Shown in pieces: positions 25,791 through 38,480 of a DNA stretch of 64,000 bases. A program made the translations under genes and the position numbers. Source of the stretch: Tubiluchus corallicola (lineage: Eukaryota; Animalia; Priapulida); contig JAQGDQ010000084.1 of the NCBI GenBank assembly GCA_030141605.1, forward strand, positions 558,001-622,000, read 5' to 3'. The notes below the pieces were generated by a model. That model was not told the DNA's origin. It ran no database searches and saw nothing but the letters and a program-made list of their open reading frames with translations. Within the stretch, counting starts at the first letter, position 1, and every line of letters starts with the position of its first letter.

Positions 25791-26014
25791 TTGTAAGTAT
25801 TCGTAATTAAGTTTTCTTTTAAGCTGCTTTTGGTACTAAGCGATGTTACTTACTTTGATGTTTTTATGCAATTATTTATGATGATAGGTTCGTTGTTGTA
25901 ATCCTATCTTGATTTTAATTGTAGGAAAGTGTAATAAAAATAATATACTAAGTTTAGCTGTCTGGTAAAAACTCTCTAATAAACATAGATTATAGATTTT
26001 TTTGTTCATCCGTT

Positions 26015-26494
26015 TAGCACAGTTATACAAGTTATACAAACACAGTACAGCAAAATACAAGTTATACAAACACAGTTCAACAAAATACAAGTTATACAAA
26101 TACAGTACAACAAAATACAAGTTATACAAACACAGTACAACAAAATACAAGTTATACAAACACAGTGCAGCAAAATACAAATTATACAAATACAGTACAA
26201 CAAAATACAAGTTATACAAACACAGTACAACAAAATACAAGTTATACAAACACAGTACAGCAAAATACAAGTTATACAAATACAGTACAACAAAATACAA
26301 GTTATACAAACACAGTACAGCAAAATACAAGTTATACAAATACAGTACAACAAAATACAAGTTATACAAACACAGTGCAGCAAAATACAAGTTATACAAA
26401 CACAGTACAACAAAATACAAGTTATACAAACACAGTACAACAAAATACAAGTTATACAAATACAGTACAACAAAATACAAGTTACACAAACACA
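26015..26494. repeat. 30-bp minisatellite, ~16 copies
   Basis: Unit CACAGTACAACAAAATACAAGTTATACAAA. Confidence 0.95.
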
Positions 26495-26613
26495 GAATTG
26501 GCAATGCATTGCAGCAGAAGAAATTAACTTATAAGCTTGGCTTCATATACACTTAATTAATGACATAGTCAACACAAAATACGTTAAATGGAGAAAAGCA
26601 AATGGATGCGAGA

Positions 26614-26785
26614 AGATGATGATGATGGTGATGGATGATGATGATGATGATAATGGTGTGTGATAGTGATGATGATGATGATGGCGATGGTGATGATGAC
26701 AATGATGACAGCATTGGTAATATTACTGCTGACGACAATGGTAGTGATGATGCATTAATAATGAATTGATGCTAATAATGATGAC
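26614..26785. repeat. Degenerate (GAT)n microsatellite
   Basis: Read directly. Confidence 0.9.
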
Positions 26786-27099
26786 GGACTCATTTGAACT
26801 AATAAAGCCATTTTTGCAGTCATTAAAATAATATTAAAATATATATGTTAACTATTTGAAAAATATAAAAATGTGTTACTTATTAATTACAGAAATTGAT
26901 TAATTAGGCCCACACGGCTCAAGTATTCCTTTTTTAAATTTATGTTTCCATATATGTGCTCTGATTTAACACTTTCTTTTTGTGCTAAGTTTATACCATA
27001 AAAGGGGCCCAAATGAATGTTAAATGATGTTATATAAAAAGGAAGGTGTGTTTTAATCTGCATAGCAGGGAAAGCATTTTTACACTTGAAAAAAATCAG

Positions 27100-27676
27100 A
27101 TCAAAATTTTACCGGTATCTTAAACTTTCAAATTGAATTTTTACTGAATTAGGTATTTTAAAGATGAAAATTTTTCTAGATTTTAAACTTTCAATTTGAA
27201 TTTTCACTGATTTAGGTATTTTAAAGATTAAAATTTTTTGCAGATTTCAAACTTTCAATTTGAATTTTTACTGAATTAGGTATTTTAAAGATTAAAATGT
27301 TTCCAGATTTTAAACTTTCGATTTGAATTTTTACTGAATTAGGTAGTTTAAAGATTAAAATGTTTCCAGATTTTAAACTTTCGATTTGAATTTTTACTGA
27401 ATTAGGTATTTTAAAGATTAAAATTTTTCCAGATTTGAAACTTTCGATTTGAACTTTCACTGAATTAGGTATTTTAAAGAAAAAATTTTTTCCAGATTTT
27501 AAACTTTCAATTTGAACTTTCACTGAATTTTACCAGATTTTAAACTTTCAATTTGAATTTTCACTGAATTAGGTGTTTTAAAGATCAAAATTTTTGCAGA
27601 TTTGAAACTCTCATTTTGAACTTTCACTGAATTAGGTATTTTAAAGATCAAAGTTTTCGCTGAATTAGGTATTTTA
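27100..27676. repeat. 63-bp minisatellite, ~9 copies
   Basis: Unit ACTGAATTAGGTATTTTAAAGATTAAAATTTTTCCAGATTTTAAACTTTCAATTTGAATTTTT. Confidence 0.95.
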
Positions 27677-28999
27677 ATTATGACTAATTCATTTGTTATT
27701 TTAATAATTCATGGTATGAAATCGAGGCACTGATTATGCTGTGGAATGAGGAAGGTCACGCGACCTAGCTCTTAAAATATTTCCACGATTTTACTCAAAT
27801 TAATTAGTGACGAAAATGCTTGCTATTTAAAATATTTGCTAAAAACTCTTGATGATGAGCAAGATTAGGTAGTTCTGGGAGCACAAGGTTGGTTGAATTT
27901 TCTAAGTGCTGGAGCTTGAACTTGTGTTTTATATTGTGGTTAGAATTTTTTGTAATTTGTTGTATAAAGAAAATTCTGGGTGTTCGTTTTCCCAAATTCC
28001 TCGAAGTTTGAATTCAGCGTATAATCGTTTTAGAACAATGTTCTTCAGTTCTGGTTTCCTTTCTGAGTTTATACCTGTAGACAAATTTTGCGTGGAAGTA
28101 CTAACTCTTTGCTTAATTGTTATTTTCGGAGGAATTTGTTTTGAAGTTTAATGATATGTTGATTTATGCGAAGCTGAACTAAGTATTGGAATGTGAGACG
28201 GATCCATTATTCATTCATTTTTGTCAGTTGCTGGATGTAATAGAATTTAAATGAACAGCCATTATTTAAACAATTATTAGTTGAAATCATAGTGACCAAA
28301 CGATTCCTGATGTGATGTCGTCTCACATAGTTTGTCATTTCACATTAGTTTTTCAAAATTTACTTGCAAATTTTAAGTGTTTGCATAAAGTATATCATAT
28401 AAAACATCTATTTTTGTTTCTGAAACAATAGGTAGGTGGCTGTGTTATGTATTTCGTTGTTTTAACTATGTTGTAACTACGGCCCCCTATTAGGAAATGT
28501 TGAAAACTCAGCTTGTTCGAATAGAAAGTTTCTCGCGTAGACAAATATTAATGAGTTTATAAATGAAAATGTTAACTGGTTATTCCCTTTTTCTGTCTTT
28601 GCCTCACGGCTATTTGTACAAAACGTCATTTCTAAACGTAAAGGCATTTAATCTGTAATCTTTCATCTATAAGACAACTTGTAATGCATGAGGGTTGTCC
28701 AAATGCCATCCTCATATTATATTTGTGTGGCTAACAACGAACTGGCCTAAAGTAAGTTTCAACGTGGGGCAGCGCACTTTTCTGTAGAATTGAATTTTCC
28801 GATAATTTTTGGATAGTTTTAGTTTTACAGTTCTTACATTGGTTGTTTATGTGAATTTTTTCTACAACTTCACTTCAACCTGCATGGGCGCATATTTAAT
28901 GCACGTTGCATGTTGAGAAATTGGACTTGTGAAACTCTCGTGTTTTTTACATCACTTAGTTTTGTTGAAACTCTGAATTTAAACTGATGTTTAAATAAT

Positions 29000-29385
29000 G
29001 ATGCACTTTTCACAGTTTCGTTGTGCGCACACACACTTGCTGTAGGTCAAAGGTTAAGTGTAGCACAGTATCGCATCTTAACTACAACCGTCATGTGACA
29101 TGTGAGTAAAGCAAAACCATCAGTCGCATCAGTTCAGTAAGTTCAATTGTTTTACGTAGGCTTTACTTAATTATGCAGTAGTCTATGCGTAGAATGATTT
29201 GCTAGCCTGATATTGCTTGGGAACAAGAAAAATGAAGTAGGTAAGGTTCTAGCTAGCTGTTAAAACTGTTACTACTACAAGGATTGGAAGGCGTTGTCAA
29301 GTGTACACAAATGCGTTGTCTGGTACACTTAACCTTTGACCTTTTCACGATCACCATCAGTCGCTGGAACTGTGAAAAGGCGTGT
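29000..29385 (-). mobile_element. MITE family E
   Basis: Inverted ends CTTTTCACAGTT ... AACTGTGAAAAG; colinear with 49997-50386. Confidence 0.8.
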
Positions 29386-29845
29386 TGATTGGTTCTTAAT
29401 CATCACATGAGCCTGTAAATTTACACTTTTTGTGCAGATGTTTTGTAGTTAAAATTTTCCAAGTTATTCGATATGAAACAAAATTTTATAATATGCCTTA
29501 TAAATTTACATTATAGTAAATATTTTGATGCAAAATGATTAGCTTGTATTGTGCACTTATTCATGAATTTACAATAATCATTTTTGTAAAGAGTTTGGCT
29601 ACCTCGGTATCAAATTTTGTGAAATAATTTTATCATTTCAAGTTCACGATTTTCTCTTCATGGTAACTTTTCCATTTCTGTAAATTTGCATTCTGTTTCT
29701 TCTTCCATTAATGACCGTTCTGCTGTGAAATGCTTGCTGTTAACGTGTTTCAATTAATTTGTTTCATACATTACAGAAAGCGCAGGTTGTGAGACAGTAT
29801 TTAGTTCTGCTTTTACGTTTTCTTATAGGTTTTGTTTTGTTTCAG

Positions 29846-30609
29846 GGTTGAAGTTGTCGGAACTTGACATTAAGCCGGTAAAGCAAGAGGGATTGATAGC
29901 CGACAGAAGGGACAAATATTTGGTTAGCTTGGAACACGATCAAATCAAAGACGTAGATAAAAAAACGTACGATCCCGAGCAAGAACCTAGAGTGAGCGTT
30001 ACCGCTAAACTGAACAAGTTCGAGCATACGACTGACGATGTGAGCGTTGAGTACAAAGTGTCGCCCACGGAAATGCCGGGTGTCGCCGAGATGCGGAAAC
30101 AGTTCCAACAGCCTAAGCATGAGCAGCATGCCGGCTTCGATAAGTCAAAATTGGCTGATGATCCTAGCCAAGTCTGTGGTGTGAACGAGTTAAAGACGCG
30201 TCTCTTGCAGAAAGAACAACCCGCGAAGAAAGAGTTCAACAAAATCGAACTTGTCGAGATGGAAGAGGATGCTCCGATTCCGGACATTTCGAATCGACGG
30301 AGCGTTTTCGAAAAGCGGGATAGTTCCCCGACTAAGGCCGTCAATGGGCATAGATATCCGGAAAAGATTGACATTTATAGCGAGCCTGTGCAAGATTACT
30401 TTCATAATGAAACTGAGCATGTGCCGACCCGTACATCACAACTGAACACGAACAATAATAACAATAAACAATGGAACATTGCCCCACTGAAAATTTCACC
30501 CCGTGCGTGGGACAAATCACCTCTTAAAATTTCTCCCAGAGATCAGCCTCCGGCATTGGAAAGACCTACAGGACAGCTCTCGCCCAAGAAGCATAACACT
30601 CAATTAAAG
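29846..30609 (+). CDS. LMO7: Large internal exon (GLKLSELDIK...HNTQLK), phase 1 to 0
   Basis: tttcAG acceptor and AAG|GTAAGA donor; 764-nt open frame. Confidence 0.92.
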
Positions 30610-33600
30610 GTAAGAATTTTTGCCATTTTTTTGACAATTTTTGCCTTCCAGTGACAAGTTTATTGTTCATGTGTGACATAAATATCATGAAATCTGGTAA
30701 CATAACATAACATGAGATAACATAATGTATCGTAACGTAAGGTACATAACATAATCTTTTATTCATCTTGCAATACACACACAGTTATAATACAAATACT
30801 AATAATTTGAAAAAACATTTTGTGAAGAAAGGGCACCGAATGATCAATTGGTCATCTAGTCAGCTGCCCTTTGGTCAGTGATGATCATTTTTAAAGGTGC
30901 TGTGCTATGAAAAATAAACAGAAAAACTGATATTACAGCTGCTTATAGCAGAGAATTGCCACATTTATTTCTTTCTTGTAAAGAAGAAACATTTTGGGGT
31001 TACCTATTATGTTTTATCCTTGGTACTAGAGTTTTGTGTTCAAATATCTTAACAAAATGTGCGTGTGTGTATGTATGTAATTGTGAAAGCCAAGCCACAG
31101 TTGTGTGCACAGTGAACAAATGCTAAAAGTAGTGCCATTCACTTTCATCAAGTTAAAAACCGTCACACCTTTGGCAATAGGCTCTGTGTAAAGAAGTTAT
31201 GTGTAACACTGTACATAATGAATGGTACCACCCAATTACTCATCAAAACCAGTACTGTTTAACTGTGAATGAAAATTTCCTCCTGCAGAATGTTCATCAT
31301 AGTTGGCAGCACAGCTTTACTGTGTATATGGAAAAAAATCTGTCAGTGTTTGTCGGAAATCGACAGAATTTGAACAATGCAGGGAGATTAGTTCTATTGC
31401 TAGAGGCGGTATCCATTCACTTCCTGGTGAGAACAGATCGCTAACGTGTGCAAATTATTCCAGGATTAGCACAATTGAGAAAACGTTTATGAAGTTCATT
31501 GCACTTGTTTTACACTAATTACCAAAGAATGTGCAATTACTTACAAGAATGCGAGATTTGTTCATTGCGTAATGGATTTAGGGCCCTTAGTATCCTAGAA
31601 CCCTTAAGCTGGGCCTAGTACAATGCAAGTCCGTCTCCACAGGTGTGCTATTGCATTACTGCTATTTCAATTGTTATGGATGCTTGCCTTACTATAGGGG
31701 TCAAAGACTAATTATGGACTATGCACACATATCTCTCATTCGTGTTGTAGTATTAAAACTAACTGTGTTACTAGCTGTTGTCAATTCAATAATATTTTAA
31801 ATAAATTGCAACCTCGGCAACGTTAACATTGGCCGTGCAATATGCGTAACGTGGTGACATCTGCTGACGAGAAACGAAGCATTATAAACTTATTCCCCTT
31901 TAAATAAGTGATATTTAAATTGTATTTAATGGTAGAAAGAAACCCTATCTTCTTCTTTGTCTTTATTCAATAAAGGAAATGGAGGGCATACCCTAGGCAT
32001 GTTGAAGCACTCAACCCAATCAAGTAGTTTGGGAATTATCAATAGACACAATATTGCCAAGAGACTCCGTTATCATACTTTTGTATAACTAATAGGATGA
32101 TGTACATTGATAATTGTTTCTGGTGTCCTTCTGTACTCTGTGAGCTTTGTATATCTCAATTTTGAGTGTTATCTAATGAATTACTTGTGTTTTTGTATGT
32201 ATGTCTGCTCTCAACTAAATGTATTTGTTACACAGTGGAAAAACTCCGATCAGTAAATATTACTGTAAGTCTATCCACTTAAAATAAACAAAGTTTTTTA
32301 AAAATAAATATATAAAATATATATATATATATATATATATCAATAGACACATTTCCTAATATTTAAAGCGGTCTCCTCTTAGAATGTCGTTTGGCTTGTA
32401 TGGTGCAAATAATTTATCAAAAAAATGTTAAGGCGACCGAAACCGTGTCAACGTACTGCGTAGTTAAAAATCAAGGGCCGCTACACTTGTAAACGTATTT
32501 TAAATTAATTGTTTTTGTGCACGCTACCCCAGTTCCGCTATTACCAGTTAACAGGTACAAAACAATGGTTTTTATGCTGTTTTTTCGTCTGTTGGCACGT
32601 TAGGAATGTGACAATCTTTCTGTGTGTTGATTTTGCTGAGTAACGGAGGATGTAATCTCATTACTGCTGTTGTTATAGACGCTGTGCAGAGCTTGTAATC
32701 AGTTGTGCATATTGACTGTTTTTCTACTGCGCATGTTAAATCAGAGACTGGAAAGTTTTCCAGCGTTAAAATCCGAATTACAGGATGCTAAAATAACTGG
32801 ATGACTCAGAGGTAATTCCAGTAATTCGGGACAGTGACATCGTCATTACATTTCTAGTTTCAGACTAGAACTGACTTGGGACTGGCAGTATCCTTCTCAA
32901 AGCTCATGGGAACGTGCAGGGGTCATTAAGACGGGTAAATAACTGAGTCAGAACTTGAATGAAACGTTGTTGTTTTTGTGTTATGGGACAAGGAAAGGTG
33001 AACATTTATCCCACTTATCCCTGAAATCTAGCCCTGAAATTCACACGGTCTTTGCCCCCTGCTCTGTTTCCGACTACACACCCCCTTTCTGGTGAACATG
33101 GTTAATGAATTACTGCGAGCAGTCATCATTTTTCCTCTTCACAGCTAGACGTTTTTATGACCCATGGCAAGGGAGAGCTCTTCGACCACTTCTGATTGAG
33201 TGGTGGTGCAAGCGACACGTCTAATATAACCGTCTGCACTTGAAAACTCATTCAGCTTCTTCAAATTTCTGGTTTTTCCACCAATCTTTCTGTGCCGTGT
33301 TTATTATAGTTAAGAAAATTCAACGCGCTTTTCATTCTGAGCAGGGATTGGTAATTAGTTTTTACCTAAATTGAGCACTTCTCCTTCAACGTGTGAAGAA
33401 CACAATTAACTGATGCAGTTTGGTAGTTGAATTATGATAGGTTCTAGTGACGTGTCTAGATTGGATGGGACCGGTCCTCCTGAGTTTAATCAGTTGTTTC
33501 TTTCTGAATTAAGTGTAGAAAATAATCGAGAATGGTGTTGTGTCTCCATCTGGCCGTATTTGGACATGTGCAGCAGTGTGGCTTTCGCTAATGAGGTAGG

Positions 33601-33929
33601 GTACAATGGTCAGTTTTTTTTCGTGGACACTTTGAATTAACGTATTGGTTTTATTGAACGTGATTCGTGTTTATTTCAAGTCGGCTTTTTCGATGAAGTT
33701 TAGTTTAGTTTACTCCATTTGCTATAACAAAATAATACATAAATATGGTGAAAATACAAAATATCAGATTAAAAGAAACAAGTAAATAATAAAGTTGATT
33801 AATGAATCATTGGCGCTGTCCAAAAAGAAAACTTCTAAAGGTCAGGCGTTTACCTGAACAGTTAACATAAAAACTCCAAAGGGCTTTCATTGCCGACTGT
33901 AAAAAATAATCTACAATCAACTGCAAATA

Positions 33930-34025
33930 ACAGAGACTGTTGTTACCCCACTTTTACCCTAAATACCACACACCAGGCAGGGCAACAGCAGGTACCATTT
34001 TTTAAAGTCTTTGATACGACCCGAT
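33930..34025 (-). mobile_element. SINE core fragment (Meta-domain-like)
   Basis: CCAGGCAGGGCAACAGCAGGTACCATTTTTTAAAGTCTTTGATACGACCCG resembles, from memory, the MetaSINE central domain. Confidence 0.45.
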
Positions 34026-34079
34026 TCTAAGTATTACTAATAAACAGAAATTTCCAATGTACAATTGCAGATGTACCAC

Positions 34080-34620
34080 TAACATAGGTCAGCTCACATG
34101 AATATCTCAACTGAAATGACCACTGTGATAAGATAAAATCTAAAAGTAATGTCATCTTGGGCTTTCTTCGAAGAACGCTTACTGATTGTTCTGAGGAAGC
34201 AAACCAGATTGCTTATCACACCTTAGTTACGCCTAGGATGGAATATGTTTGCTGTGCTGGGAGTTCTTATACCCAGCGTAAAATTACTAACTTGTAGAAG
34301 GTTGAACACCAAGCAGCTCATTTTGTTAAAAGTGAATATCGCCAAATGGATGGTGTTGTGACATCACTACTTCAGCAACTGGAATGGGACACTTTGAAGA
34401 ACAGACTTGTTGCTCCACCAAGCCAATGTGTTCTGGTGGACTGGTGAATATACCCTTTCCTACGTGCGTTGTACCACCCTCCTTACGCACTAGTTCTTGC
34501 CACTAGTATAAATATGTCCATGTAGTGTCCTCTCCTACACATATTCCCTTCATCCTTGAACAGTCAGTATACAGAACAGGCTTCCAGCCATGGCAATAAA
34601 TGCTAGCTCCATTGAGGCAG
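34080..34620 (+). mobile_element. Decayed CR1-group (L2/Crack/Daphne-like) LINE, ORF2 3' end
   Basis: Translates as AYHTLVTPRMEYVCCAGSSYTQRKITNL*KVEHQAAHFV...VTSLLQQLEWDTLKNR, matching the 'LVRP.LEY...W...LEKVQRRAARFV' region after the RT domain. Confidence 0.8.
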
Positions 34621-35332
34621 GTGACCTTGACACTATTAGAGGCATGGGGCCACCTGTTCATATAAGAAGATTGTAAAAATATTACACGTTTTTTAAATGC
34701 ACACTAATAATCCACTTCCAGCACGTTGTTCGTCTATGATATCAAGTGGACATAGTTGGATGATGCACGTGGCATGGTGACGTCACTCATCATTCCAGTT
34801 TAGCTATTTTGAGTTTTTGGAATTATCGATTGAAGACGTCAGTATCGAAGTCTCGACCTGCCATACTGAAAGCGGACGTGTCACCACTAGACCGTCTGGT
34901 ATGAGTTGTGCTGTTGTACAACAGTACGGCTGCAACTTCCATCAGTCCTATGCCTTCTTGATCCACAGCTTCTTTCCATTCTTTTGTGATTCTATTTTAT
35001 TCTGCAACTGTAATTTGTGCCAGAGGGATTGGCGCAGTTTCATATAGGACTTCTTCCAATGTCTAGGCCTGTATTACTTTACGAAAATACTTTGTCAGTG
35101 CTTAACCCGTGGGTCCCCATATTATTCCCAAGATCACAGCATCACAGGCCCAAAACAGTTTTTTTCGTGTTTCTGCTGTTTCAACTTTACTGTACGGTCA
35201 TTTGCATCCTTTTTCCACACTGTATAGTGATTGTATTTGCTTCCACATTACAACATATTTTTCGTGTTACTGAATTTTAAAAATATCTGAATATTTCTGT
35301 GTTCTGTTAAACTTGCGGAGATAAATAAATAT

Positions 35333-35971
35333 GTGTGCTTGTATAGCAAAATGGTCCATAAGTTGGCAAAATTAAGTTTTTCTAGTTATTCACATATCCC
35401 GAATCTCCATTTCATGAGGATCATTTTGGTACCAAGTTCATCGCTCTATGTTATTACTAAGCTGAGATAATCCACGTTGAAGTTGAGGTGCAGGCTGCGC
35501 ACTGAAAAACAATGTTAAAGTCAGCCATTGTATTTGTTGCGTTTCTACAAAACACTTAGCAACCACTCAAATGTTGCTTGCTACAGATCTTGCAAGAACA
35601 CGTTGAAGACATGTTTAAATCCAGTAGATGGTTCTTCCTGAGGAAAACGTTCCCTTGGCAATAGAAAAAAATCAGAAGCAAAATGACAGCTTCCATGAGT
35701 TACTATCGGAGTTTGAAAATACCAGTTTTTTTACAAATGCAGTACTACCTTCTAGCCAGAAAAGTGGGTAATGAGTTATAAAATTTAATTTTTAGTATTT
35801 TTTGAACATTTTCTTGATAATTAATGCTAGAATATAAAAGTCCAGTATATTCTTTGTTTTTATAAAAAAAGAAAAATTGATATTCGACCCCTTGTTTGGT
35901 ACATTCTAGTTTGAAGCATAACGTAGTTTTAACTATGCCAACTTATGGACGGTTTTGGTTTGCAAGCAAAC
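35333..35971 (+). mobile_element. MITE family D
   Basis: ~35-bp imperfect TIR containing GTCCATAAGTTGGCA / TGCCAACTTATGGAC; other copies at 45471-46101 (inverted) and 58834-59445. Confidence 0.85.
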
Positions 35972-36446
35972 ATGTATTCTACATGTATACATTCATAATT
36001 TCTCCAGTGACAGCTTATCGACAGTGTCGTCATAATTGCTGTAGCTATTTTTTACAGTTTTAACAATGATACGTGTGTGAATTTAGTATTTCAATTGTCA
36101 TTTTATGAAATCGGAAGGGATGCGATTTCTAGATCTCATTTTGTAATTGTGTTGTGATAACATCAGTGATAACATACATATATCTTATCTTATCCTATCT
36201 TCAACTTGACAATAAATACCGTTAGTATCAACAGTACCGTATGTGAATGTGTAGGGTTACAGCTTTGTTGTCGACTGCAGGGACACCGTAGTGATGTTGT
36301 CTCGAACACTGTTTGATGTCTATTGTTGTTTATTTTAAACATTCATTATTGATATTATGAATAACTAGTATATGACAGTGCTGTGTCTTTTCATTTTCGA
36401 TCATTTCTTATTAAATTGTGGCTTCTATAAAGCACAATTGTTTCAG

Positions 36447-36530
36447 ATCGAGCTGTCTCCTAGAGGAATGCCTGTTCAAGAGAAGAGAGCCGAGATTGGT
36501 TTACTCATTGTACCTGAAAAAGAGCAACAG
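36447..36530 (+). CDS. LMO7: Internal exon (IELSPRGMPVQEK...EKEQQ), phase 0 to 0
   Basis: tttcAG acceptor and CAG|GTAGTT donor; 84 nt. Confidence 0.8.
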
Positions 36531-36699
36531 GTAGTTTTAGATTTCAGTTTTTTTTGCATAAAGATGATTCGTTTACGTTTGTTCGCAGTTATGCAAAAAT
36601 TTGCGAGAATTGATTGCTAGTAAGTTCACCATCAGTTCAAGGCATGTAGAAAAAAATCATAATTTCGTAATTACTGTAATTCTTTCGTATCAAAATACA

Positions 36700-37255
36700 A
36701 TAAACTATGTGTAACTCGAACACCTCGGGACCGAAATGCGAAAGTTTGAGTTAGACAGTGTTCATAAGAAAACAAGATGAAGTCGCTCATTGATGTCGGA
36801 CAATACACTGCAGCGTGTGAAAATGACAAACTGAGTCTTTAATCAAATATCAAACAACAGTTTTTACGAATAATCAAAAATAAAATGTCTGGCCCACCTC
36901 TACTGTAGCATGGTCAATAGAATTCGGCAATAATAATATTATGATCTACATTTAACCAAGTTCATTAAGCCATATCGTGTGCAGCGTTCTGCTAAGGTAA
37001 TGCAGGAAATCTTAGCATTTATTGCTGAAATTAGCAGTTAAAGTTGTAATGTTGTCCACACTTTCGTACGGGAGATTGTTCAAGATAGGTGAGGTAATTT
37101 CAGTTAGATTCTGATAAATTGAACCAGGAATTCAGTTACGCGACAATATGAGTAGCAGATTTCGAGTTACGCTATGTTTGTTAAAGGGAAAGATGAAATC
37201 AAAAATCCACAAGATTTGAGATGCGCAGCAATTCGAGTTATACGTAGTTTTCTGT
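36700..37255. mobile_element. Decayed pogo/Tigger-like MITE
   Basis: TAACTCGAACACCTCGGGACCG at the left end and TTCGAGTTA repeats at the right end. Confidence 0.5.
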
Positions 37256-37399
37256 ATATGCAAATTTACAAACACGCCATCAGACATATTAGTGGTTTTC
37301 ATTGCATCTCGCATGTCTGCTGACCTCTTAATTCTTGCACTTGTCCGTGTAACGAGTTTTATCAGTATTTAATATTGTGACATCACCATAGATAGATTA

Positions 37400-38480
37400 A
37401 TTGATTGACTGATTTTTCAATTATTCCAAACATAAAGTTCATATTGAAACTACAGTTACAACAACACTAAATAACAGTTAAGAACGTACACATAACTTAC
37501 AAAATAGAGTTACGTTTTCTAAATTTTTATGAAAACCCGAATTCCATGACAACGGTACTTGCTGATCTGAACGACATACCCAGGCAGTTGGACAAAAAAA
37601 CTTAATAAGTGAGCAACCCGATGCTTGACGTTGCAGAAATGCATTCTATTTCTGACTGCTTTGTGCTGCCCTCTTATGTGAGTCCTGTTAATCTTAAACT
37701 TTTATTGTCCTAAGCCAACACAATGATGACTTTCATTCCACAATTTGCATTCAGGGCCGTGAGATAAAGCTATAAACATCTGGTTTATTGTTGTTTTATA
37801 CGCCTAGTTGACCTACTTATCGCAATTTAATTGTAGGTTAATATCACACCATGGGTAATAAAAGAGTGACAGTTTTCCTAAATATTATTGAGGATTTTTA
37901 TTGTCAAGTTCACAAACCTTAGTTTCTTATCACGTATTCTGAAACTCGTGTTATCATAAAGTTTAGTTAGTAGGGCATGTGGGCTGAGCGTGTATACCTC
38001 CTCATTATCAAGTAATCCGTGCCCTTTGCTGTGTCTAACACTGTATTACGCAAATCATGTATAGCCTACCTGATTTTATTGACTTGATATTCTGTCTTCT
38101 TTAACTTCTTAGCTTTAATTTTGAAAGGGCCTAAGTAACGTTGGTTTAGTAGTTCCATAATTTTTGCTTTTTACTCTGCGGAGTTAAGGAGTGGTAAGTG
38201 TAGACTTAGTACCAGGTTGCTGTATGGTAATAGAAAGGAGTAAGATAGGTGACACTCTTTACGCCTTGTTTCGTGGAGCCAGGACCTGTGTTTAGTAGAC
38301 ATTCAAGTAAAATATGCTTTTAGCCTCATGCAGTCTTTGGTAGAGCTCTCATAGATGGATAGTTCGTTTTAATAAGGTAGGTTAGTTTCTGTAGATTGTT
38401 AGTTTAGCAAATTCCTCTGTGGCACTTCACTAGAAATGTGCAGTTCAGGAACTAATAGTTTATCTGAATAGAACAGCTCC
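37400..38480 (-). mobile_element. Highly decayed CR1-group LINE 3' fragment
   Basis: Minus-strand peptide remnants LSYSFLLPYSNLV and GPECKLWN, typical of L2/Crack ORF2 ends. Confidence 0.45.

Noticed and set aside
25872-26556. Repetitive ORFs on both strands (KYKLYKHSTT etc.)
   Set aside because: Artefact of the 30-bp minisatellite.
29842-30420. Antisense ORFs over the large exon (also at 16505, 50273, 53931, 54838 and 57133)
   Set aside because: Shadow frames of the true + strand exons.
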